From: Tubiluchus corallicola
Lineage: Eukaryota > Animalia > Priapulida
Assembly (NCBI GenBank): GCA_030141605.1
Contig: JAQGDQ010000366.1
Location: forward strand, 124,537 to 188,536
Direction of reading: 5' to 3'
Length of the DNA stretch: 64,000 nt
Positions 48,818-58,439 of this stretch are shown piece after piece. The notes beneath the pieces are model-generated. The model made no database searches. It worked only from the letters and a program-made list of their open reading frames with translations, and was not told the origin of the DNA. How positions within the stretch are numbered: position 1 is the stretch's first letter; the number at the start of each line of letters is the position of its first letter. The position numbers and the translations under genes are program-made.

Positions 48818-49427
48818 AGGAAAACCAGACCCAATATTAAACTGTAGGTCAAAACTATCTACTCTTTAAAATATTGAAAGTAAACACACTATTTTTTCAA
48901 AAATGACCTTGTGAAAGAATTATTACCACGTAATTTCGCATTTGCGCCACTAGTTCTTCTCTGCTACATGCATTTCTTTATTCGTTAGTTAGATGGGCAC
49001 TAAGCGCCTGCATCGGAAATGCGTTACATAAAGAACAGATGCTGTACCGCTCAAATCAGATGTGTTAGTTTGTGACGAACTACACATGTTTGACAGTTCA
49101 TGCGTGAGCACAACGGTAAATTTGAAATTTGAATTTTTATCTTAAAACTTGCCTTGTTTTAGTACAACACACTGAATATCTTACAGTAGCACTGTACATA
49201 AATTTTCTCTTTTGCAAACACGTGCAACACACTTGTGGAATAATTTTGCTGTTGAAAATTATGTTAGTTTGTGATGTCATCATTATTTGGGCTCGTCTGC
49301 CATTAATTTAGTTTTTAATTTATTATTTAATTATCAGAAATGCTTTGCAGTATTAATTGTGTTAAAATGTATACTTTTTAACAGACTTAAAAATGGGGTA
49401 GTATATGAAAAATCGTTCTGTCTTCCT
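48818..49427. mobile_element. TTAA-type (Kolobok-like) MITE, inverted copy of 17801-18405
   Basis: AGGAAAACCAG ... TGTCTTCCT|TTAA; long reverse-complement similarity to 17801-18405. Confidence 0.75.
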
Positions 49428-49758
49428 TTAAACGTACAGGCATATGCGTTATGCTTCATCTATGTACATAATTTTAAGTTAATTAATTTATTAATTAGTT
49501 CTATCTACTAATTCTTATTTACTGTGTGCAACTAATCTTATGGATGCTTTTACGGCTGAAATAAAATTGAAATTGAAAAGAAAGTAAGAAAGTTGAAAAC
49601 AATCATGATTTGTTTTTCACAGCATGCACCATTGGAGCTAACTTGTGAATCTACCTGTGATCGCTGAAGCTTGACTGGTATTGGTAATCGTGCTGCCGGT
49701 CTGAGGTAATCTTTTTGTGGATCTGTTAAATCCTAAAAATTTGGAGACTCTAGCCACT

Positions 49759-50234
49759 TCTTCTTCCCAGCTTTTCCCTATGCGGGGTCGCCGTTGTGAA
49801 TGAGTCCTTTCCACGCATTCCTGTTGTTGACCATCTCTTCATTTTATGTCTTCCCTTCCCACGTGAACTTCACCGACTCTTCTTTTCAGGTGTCCATACT
49901 ATCGCAATCTTGCGAGGCTTCCACTACTTTTACTGTTCCTCTGATATTATTATTTCTAATTTTATCTCTTCTTGTTATTCCCACCATCCATCTCAACATC
50001 CTCATCTCCACCACACCCATTTTCTTCTCTTCGGTCTTCTTTAGAGAAGCTGCTTCCAGCCCATAGATTAGAGCGGGTCTGACCACTTCTTTGTGGAGAC
50101 TCATTCATAGAAGGTTTTGGCACAGTTTTTACAGGCAGATGCCTGTAAAAACTGACCCTAACCCTCCCTATTTATCCGGGCTTGGGACCGGCACTGAGTT
50201 GGGCTGGCTTGCCCCCCCCCCCAGTGGCTAGGTT
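49759..50234 (-). mobile_element. Short internally deleted RTE-clade non-LTR retroposon
   Basis: 18-bp TSD TTGGAGAC(T/A)CTAGCCACT (49741-49758, 50235-50252); (GAA)n 3' tail; RTE C-terminal peptide VVRPALIYGLEA..EMRMLRWMVGITRRDKIRN..IRGTVKV; retains the 5' UTR. Confidence 0.9.
50156..50234 (-). ncRNA. Twister self-cleaving ribozyme (P1-type architecture with extended P3; 5' P1 strand absent)
   Basis: Minus strand AA-CCUA-GC-CACUG..CAGUG-CCGG-UCCCAAGC-CCGG-AUAAA-UAGG-GAGGG-UUAGG: P2 CCUA/UAGG, T2 GC/GC, P3 CACUG/CAGUG, P4 CCGG/CCGG, T1 CCC/GGG, catalytic G at 50166. Confidence 0.9.
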
Positions 50235-51559
50235 TTGGAGACACTAGCCACTATTTTATTGATTATTTTGCCCTTGTGCAAAGCTATAGTTGTCGATAGC
50301 AGCTTTATTTTCCTTATTAACTGTCACATTTCTGTGGTCTGATTCGTAACCTGCATTATGCAGATATAATGCAGTCAGTGCGTAACACTTTACTACAGAA
50401 TACAGAATAAGTTCATTGTCTCAATAACATAATCAACATAGCATTAACAAATGATGTGACTACTAAGAGAGACAGGGTGACGAAACGACCGAAAGGTCAT
50501 CGAGTCTACCACCCTTCTACTAATTTAATAACAAAACTCTACTTAGATTAGTACTGTGAGCTATGTAAATTAAACTATAATGTAAATGTAAATTATATTT
50601 TATTTTATCTAAAGCATTATTCTTGTATAGCAGCAGTTGTTAGTTAGTAGCGTGTGCATATGTCATAATTGCATAGCTGGATTAGTCAGTAATATGTGAA
50701 AATAATTTTAAGTTACAAATTAAAATTAATCAATACTTTGTCATATAGCATAACTGTTAACTGATACAGACCACGTGCAGCCATAAGCATACTAGACAAT
50801 AGAATTAACGATAAACTTTTGTTAGCAGGTTTGGCAAGTTGCCTGAATCTTGCAGTGAAAGCCAGTTGACATTGTGCAAGATGTACGTGCAGGAGTGACG
50901 GTTTAGAAGGTCGAACATTTTGCTCAAAAGTCAGCGTGCAGCACAATTGTGCCATCGTTGTATCACAGACATGGTACCATGTGCTGGATTGTGTCGGTGT
51001 CCGGAACTGTTTCCACTGACAGTGACCGGGGCTGCAGCTTTCAGGTAATCCGAGAGAACTGAAATTGACAGCAGGTTTCGACACTTTGCCGCCAGCACTG
51101 GACCTTAATTTATCCGACAGAAGTGAAGCGACATCTGTTAGTTTACTGACTGTGAGAATCACTAAAGTTGTTTATTTGATTTAAACTTTAAGCTGAAATT
51201 GTTTCATAAAACTACAAAATAATAAACATGCAAGGAGGTCAGACAACTCAATCAGAGACTCTGCTAATGAAAGTTTTGCTTAACTGTGATCGTAGCTATA
51301 AACTTTTCCCAACGTGCAACGTACCTTGTGGCATAAATACGCTCCAATAACCACGAAGGTTTTTCACAATGAGTTCCGTTAGTGGAAACTACAGCACGCA
51401 GAGGTACATTCTTTCTATGGTCCTTAGGAAGACCACACAAAGTTCAGGGCATCTTGAGTGGAGATTCACTCACGATGCCCTGAACTTTATGGTCTTCCTT
51501 AGGACTATAAGAAGAACGTACTTGTGGCATAAATTATACTTGTCCTCATCACTAGTTAT

Positions 51560-51865
51560 CAGGGCCGGAACTAGATGTGGCAAGCAGGGGGGCGCAAAAA
51601 TTTTCTGGGGGGGGGGCGAGGTATCCGAAGTGGTTAAATAATGGTTAAGCCGATTTTCAACCCCTTTTATTCTGCATGCAGGCCTATAATTAACATGTGT
51701 GTAGGACGGCGTAGCAAACATTTTTTACCTAATTCTAATTCATATTGAAAATGATTACATGCGGACTGCAATTTTCACTGCAAAAAAAATTATTCGTCTG
51801 ATTTTGCGGGGGGGGCGCAAATTTTGACAGTTTGACCCCCCCGCTCCCTCCTAGTTCCGCCCCTG
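51560..51865. mobile_element. hAT-family MITE
   Basis: CAGGGCCGGAACTAG ... CTAGTTCCGCCCCTG with a perfect 8-bp TSD CTAGTTAT. Confidence 0.88.
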
Positions 51866-51884
51866 CTAGTTATGTAGTTCATCC

Positions 51885-53260
51885 TTAGCAGGTGCAAGGA
51901 AAAGGAATCATCGCATTCTGATTCCTTATCTTGCTCTTCGACAAACTTGACAGATTATCACTAGTTGTCTGGTCGTCTCTGCTAATACTTCGACGACTCG
52001 GTTTTTGCCCTTTTGACTGGAATGATTTTGTACTACACCTGTTAGCTATATGTCCGGTTTTCTTGTATTTGTGGCATGTAGCGTCTTTCATGTTACACTT
52101 AGGTGCAATGTGATTTCCACCACACCTGCAACATACAACTAATGATGCTTTGGCTTATCAATACCATTATACTGGCAGTTTTTCACCAATTTTATTTTAT
52201 TCGCTGCCCCAGAACATCTTATTTCCTTGCTTTGCTGTTGCGTCATCTCCATGGCCATTGCAACTTGGCATGCCTTTTCAAAAGTCACGTTATCAGTATG
52301 TAAAAGCTTATTCTGGATTCTACTATGCATTGATCCACGTACAAATCGGTTCCGTAAGACTTAACTCTCGACAAAAACTCCCCGTAATTGACGTACAGTG
52401 ATTCCTCGAGATACGAAATTAATTAGTTCCGGAGGGGCTTTCGTACTTAGAATTTTCGTATTATGAGACAAGATTTATTACGATTTATTATTTATAAATG
52501 GCGTAATTCATTACAGAGATCCCCCCCCCCCCCCCGAAAACAGTCATATAAAGTGTGAATATTGTACCCACCCAAAAGAAAATGTATCATAACAACATTT
52601 ATTATTTTTGATTGATTTTATTATTTTCTCATTGTTTTTAACATTTATGCAAATGATTATGTTGTCATTAACGAACATATGACACTTTACCTTTCGAAGC
52701 GTTCACATGTTGCACACAACAAAGCATTCACGTGATGCTACGAAATGCATTCTGGGAGGACTGCTGTCGGGCGGCACTTGCGATTTTCGTTTTCGTATCT
52801 TGAATATCTTCGTTAAATGGGACGGAAATTTCTTTGAAGCCCGATTCGTATTCTGAACTTTTCGTATAATGGGGTTTTCATTAGTCGAGGTTCCACTGTA
52901 AAAATAGTTTTTCAGTGCTGCAATAAACCTTGCACGCTTTCTCCTTTTTGGCTGAGTATGTCAAAATGAAATGATGCCAGATACCATAAATGGTGCAAAT
53001 TGTGCATCTAGCGAAAGTGTGTACACTAAGTTTTGACGCCAATTTTCAAAGGATGTAATAGTCTCTGTTTTAGACAAACTGCACGATGTGTAGTTGCCAT
53101 AATTTGACTTTACAATAACTCAATTTATCAAATAAACTACACGAAGCCAGGAGCTTAAATTCCTGGATTGCTGGTCACTATTGTGCAGGTATCTGCTCCA
53201 ACACGCTTACCACTCCTTGAACTCGTCTACAGTAGGCTGGGTGACGTAAACATGCTGCCG
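51885..53260 (-). mobile_element. Degraded Gypsy LTR-retrotransposon gag (interrupted by a MITE)
   Basis: QKGES..FIAALKK / RFVRG..SRIQNKLL..VTFEKACQVAMAME / CGGNH..CNMKDATCHKYKKTGHIANRC zinc knuckles, with frameshifts. Confidence 0.75.
52396..52898. mobile_element. Tigger/pogo-like MITE nested in the Gypsy gag
   Basis: TA|CAGTGATTCCTCGAG ... TCGAGGTTCCACTG|TA. Confidence 0.8.
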
Positions 53261-55097
53261 CCACGGAGACAAGAAAAGGGAAACAGCAAATTCCAACAGT
53301 TAAAATGTAGTTTATTTTAAATGAACTCGACAACAAAATACTAGGTTATAGTAAAAGGTCTAGTTAATCAGACCGCCATCGTCGAGATGATCTCCTCGAC
53401 CAAGACGCACTACCTAACTCTCATTCATCATCATCATCTCCTTACATTCTGCACTGTTAACGCAAACACAACAAATAGCATTGGCGATAGGTTAAATATA
53501 GAGGTTAAATACAGCCCATTTTTCTATGGCAGTTAACATACGCTACCTAAGTACCTTGACCATGAATACCTTAAGTACTCAAGCTCTATAAAAATTTTAA
53601 AATTTGTTTACTGGGCATTACCGCCTACCTTTCTTACTATTTATTTTCAACACATAAGCAGTGATTTCTTTTAAGATTACTTACCCACACCTCTTAATTT
53701 CGAGGTATAAAACTGCATGATGGATAACGAAAAAACACAAAAACTGCTGATGCAAGAACACGGCGTTGCTTAAATTGTTGCTAGACGCAAAATCACGTGA
53801 ATTCACTGCATTCTTCCTGCCATCTAGCGGACCTTTAATAAATAAAGTGTGCAGCGCTGTGTACCGATTTGCAGTCGCATGTGACGTCATATCATTGTCT
53901 CTTCGGGCGAGCTTTCACCTTTTGCTGCTTTCCTAAAAAGAATTTTTTATAACTTAACTTTTGTCAAAAATGACTCATTAAGTGTGTATTCCAGTTTGAA
54001 CCAGCCTTCTGGTGAACAACTTAACTTAAATGCTTTCCTGATGACGTTTTCTAGAAAATGTCTCTTGCATCTGGCAGCAGCATTTTTCTTCCAGGTCATT
54101 TGGAAGGAATTTTCCGAAATTTCCACTGCAGCCCAATCTGAATGTAGGCTCTCACCAAGTGTGTCTGAATGTGAGGTCAAAAGGAGTGATCCTTGTCAAA
54201 TATTTTGTGGACGAAAAATGAAAGTTAACGTAAGTCGTCTTCAGGACATAGAGAATGCTGTTCCTGATGTTCTCGACAGATTATCTGTTTATCAGTTTTA
54301 TGAAAAGACTTTACCTAAAAGCGTTCTAGAGGGAAAGACCATCAAGCACAAAACTTGATGAAAATCGCAAGAGAAAAGTGTGTAACTTTATTTGTGCAAA
54401 ATTTCGACATTTTAGCACATTTTTCGTCAGTTTCTATAAGACGCACTTTAAATTCAGCAAGGAAAATCCTCCGTTTTTATTATTATTATAAGCCTTTTAT
54501 TTACCTCTCTTTGCAGATACAATTACAGATATATATATATATATATATATACATATACAGTCAACATACAAAATATAATAAGTAATACAAATAACAGTGG
54601 GCCTTTGTATCTGCTACACAAGTTTACAAAACTGTTTTGCAATCTGTAAATTTATACAAAACTTTCCTACACTAAATGCAAGACATTATTATTTATACGC
54701 TAACATTATTACTACATTATTTCGTATACTAACTTATTAATACATTAGCTAAAAAATCAATTTTTTTAATAATTATGCTTATTTAGCACAGTTTTCATTA
54801 TAAAAGAATCTCAAACTGTATTTATAAAATCAAGTACAAAATCTCCTTTTCTTTGTATATAAATGCAATGCAGGAAGGTGGCGTCGCTGCAAAAATTAAG
54901 AAGTTCCGGTTAATAGAGCTGTACTATAGTGGCTCTTTAAGATCTTTTTAGTTTTAACCTGCATTTTCTCACTAGATTTTTCTGGAACAAGTTGGTCACT
55001 TAGATTGTGTAAACTTCGGCCCCGTTTCGATCCTTGTGGGATGCCCTTGATGGCTTATACCCGGTCGTTTCTGTGTGGTAGCTGATCTTAACATGCT

Positions 55098-55680
55098 ACA
55101 GTATTGCCTCTGTTTTCGCCCATAATTCGTTCCTAAAAAGTGTTTGAAAACCCATTTGGTTGAGTACCAAATCATTTATTCCCATGAGAAACAATGTAAA
55201 AGTAAATAATCCATTTTCGAGCGGCAAATGAACTGTAAAGTATTACTAAAACGAAATATAATAATGCAAAAAAACATTGATATCATCAATTTCGCTATGC
55301 CATACATCGATGCAAAATTGGAAACACGAACTCCATTCTCATATTTTGTTACGATTTCTTTCTTTAGTTCTATATTCGCTCTCGCAGTTTTTCGTTTTCC
55401 TTTGTCACCGCCACTTCCACTCTTCTTAGGAAACATGATTAGGTTAAGTATAACACAAAAATAAAAGTAATCCAGGAAAAATAAGCGTAGAAAGCACTTA
55501 GCGATGTTAGGCAATTCAAATGTTGTGTGTGTGTGACTCTCTCGGGTGAGGTCGATTACGCTCGGCTCTACTCGGCTTGCCGCGAATGCGTTCATCACGT
55601 GTTTGGCGGTTGGTCGAGTACCGAAATTCTGGTCAAGAGCGCAAATAATTTCAGTTCGAATTTGCTGGTCGAAAACCATA
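55098..55680 (-). mobile_element. Truncated pogo/Tigger transposon retaining the N-terminal HTH of the transposase
   Basis: TA|CAGTATTGCCTC end; MFPKKSGSGGDKGKRKTARANIELKKEIVTKYENGVRVSNFASMYGIAKLMIS resembles the CENP-B/HTH_psq domain; colinear with MITE 31539-32023. Confidence 0.8.
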
Positions 55681-55699
55681 TGCATTAAGTTTACAGAGT

Positions 55700-57200
55700 A
55701 ATAATTTAAACCCCTAGCTTCCACTTCACTAGCAAATTTATCTTAAAATCTGCTGTAAGTCTAAGGTGCAGATTCATCAATCACTTTTCAACAGCAAACT
55801 GAATCACCACTACACTTGCTCAGCTTTCCTTTACAAGGCCATGCAAAAGCCACCCAAATATGGAATCAATAGCTGTGGAGGCTGCAGAGTAATGAAATGC
55901 TTTGAGTCCATTATGTCCATCAGTTGGTGATAAATGTTACTACTAGCAGATGAATCTCTCGTGGATTGCCACTGAAAATCTCGGAGTTGCCGAGGGTTAT
56001 GCCCTTTAAGTCTCCTAACTACTCACCTGCGGTACTTGTCGGAAAACGTTTCACTAGTTTATCTTGGGTGGTGGGGTTAAAGGTCACAATTTTTCCTGTA
56101 TTTGTTCGAAGTTTAACATGAACAGTGTGGCATTTCTGCTGTTGTGTGCTAAGTCCACCCATAATAGCTAACGAAAGATTATGCTCACCTAAAATTTGGC
56201 AGCCTGCTCCTGCAGCATCACACAAAATAAGACAGATTGTGGCACCAGGATCTATAAAAACACAAATAGGAACCAATGATTTGGCACCTTCCAAACAACA
56301 GTGGCAGTCATTAAGAACACAACGTTTGTGCCAAAAGACTGTAAATGAACTGATGGAACATCAACACTTGCACCAGAAGTATTTGAACCTCTTTTAACAT
56401 AAGGACTCACATGGGAGCTGCCAGCAATTGAATTGCACAATAAATAATGATGCCATTTACTACATCGCTTGCATGGAGCTTTACGGCAAGTATCAGATCT
56501 ATGGTTTAAACCAAGACACAAAAAACAACAACCTACTGTTTTCGCTCTTGCAAAGTCATAATAGGAAGAGTAGCACAATCACGCAACATATGTTGAGCTC
56601 CACCACAAAATAAATAATGGAAATTCTTTGAAGTTGAAGGTGCATTTTTAGTGTTACTACGAGAATCACTAGACTGAAGAACAGAAACTGAATTTAGGGT
56701 GCTCCTCACACCTAAATTCTTATACCCAGCATGACGACTGTAGTCATCGAACTCCCTATGGCGAGTATATGAAGCAGCCTTTCATCTAATATTAACTTTG
56801 CTTTTCATGAACTGTCAAAATTTTTCAAAGCCATCTTCTTGCCTTCTCATTTGTTCCCATTCAACATGCCAAGCATATGGAATTTTTGCTAAAAAGACAG
56901 CTAATTCTTCTATTCTAAGTCCCATTGCAGTGAGGCCCCTTATAACAACTTCAAGCTCGTCTACAAAATTTCACTGTGCTTCAATATTTTTGAATCAGCA
57001 ATATTTTCGATTGTCACAGTTTATTAATAATGACATCTTGCTTCTGTCTTTATCACCAAATCTCTCCTTCAGTAAGGAAACAACTTCCAGATACAGGCCA
57101 TCTCTTACCTGAGCAGCCTCACCTTTAAGTAAATTCTTCAAGTAAACAAGTTTATGAACATCTGCAGATTTATTAACATTTAGCATTGAAGGCAATAAAC
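55700..57200 (-). mobile_element. Degraded BEL/Pao LTR-retrotransposon gag-protease
   Basis: KLVYLKNLLKGEAA..LLKERFG, CFLCLGLNHRSDTC..CKRCSKWHHYLLC knuckles, VFLMTATV..IDPGAT protease-like, AIDSIFGWLLHG; broken by frameshifts. Confidence 0.8.
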
Positions 57201-57460
57201 ATGTCCCGAAATTCATATATGCATATGAAGTTATATATCTTTTAAGAGGTTCCATAAATGAAAAACAAATAACAAACTACATATATGATTAACATAAATT
57301 TTACAAAGTCATGACAGTTTATATATTTACATTCTATGTACAGGACATTGTGTTTATAGTTAGCTTCGTTTTTCTTTTTCTTCACAAGTTTCTCCAATAC
57401 TTCCACTCTGTCCTTTCTCTTCTTTTGGTGAAATAGGACTTCTCCTGATGTTGATGTATG

Positions 57461-58300
57461 CTAGCTTGGTTCCGGAGTTGCATATGTACATGGAGCATTC
57501 TTTTCCAATCTGGGTAAATGAGATTTCCGGCTTTTCTTCAGTTTCAATGCAAGACCTTTTGTGTGCTTCTTCCTAGCTTTCCTTTCTTCTCTTGCCACAT
57601 TTCTCTTCACTTCAGCTTTACTAGCTAATGACTTCTTTAATTTGAGTTTACTGGCTCTCAATTCTTTTGCACTTCTCTTTCGCAGGAGCACTGTTTTGTA
57701 TACAGAGGCTGCCTGTGTCATATTGTAGCACAGTTTTGGATCAACAGGGTCATGGTTTACATCCTTCCTTTTGAAATATTCAACTGCACTTGCCCTTTTA
57801 GTGTTCAAGTGCTGCTTTACAGTTTGGATAGCACTATAGGTGTTAAGATTCATCTGACAGGCTCTAATGTTTATAACATCTCCCATTGTGTTAAATGTTG
57901 ACTCCACCTGTGGGCCTTGAATTATACTCAATACAGCAAACACAACCTTGCACACTTTGTTGCACTTCTTAGAATCTAACTTTGACCCACCAACTATCTA
58001 CCCTCTGATGTTCCTCACTTATGGCTGGTAAATTTGCATCAACTTGCAGTTTGCAAACTACCAAATCAAAGGTTTCCTCCTCTTCCTCACTGAGCACACA
58101 GGCCTTATCTTTTAATGACTTCAATGTGGCCATCGTCAAGTTGTGACCTATTGCAGCTGAATCAATTGCTGAAGCAGCTTGTAGGATCTTATTTTCCAGT
58201 GGAAGTGTCACCTGCATGTATTTCCCAGACACCTTGAATGCTATTACAACATTTGTCAGGAAACTTCTGCAAACAGGATCATCTTTCCTCGATTCACTAC
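57461..58300 (-). mobile_element. C-terminal fragment of a hAT-like transposase (pseudogene)
   Basis: LPLENKILQAASAID..RVDSWW..KVVFAVLSIIQGPQVESTFNTMGDVI..MNLNTYSAIQTVK resembles the hAT dimerisation region; frameshift near 57960. Confidence 0.6.
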
Positions 58301-58439
58301 CTTTTATAAAATAGGCGAGGTTATGGTGATGTTGTCAGAATTACATTATTGCGAAATTATCTCTTTTTATTGCTCTTTTTAAAAGTCTCTTGGAGCTAGA
58401 CTTTTTCCCCTTTTTTCCAGTTTTGTTTTCTTCAAAACT

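Noticed and set aside
50713-51162. 149-aa minus-strand ORF
   Set aside because: No recognisable domain or splice partners; lies in a TE-rich region
53340-53410. Possible PBS/LTR of the 51.9-53.3 kb Gypsy relic
   Set aside because: TGGTCGAGGAG only loosely resembles a PBS and no TG..CA LTR pair could be delineated
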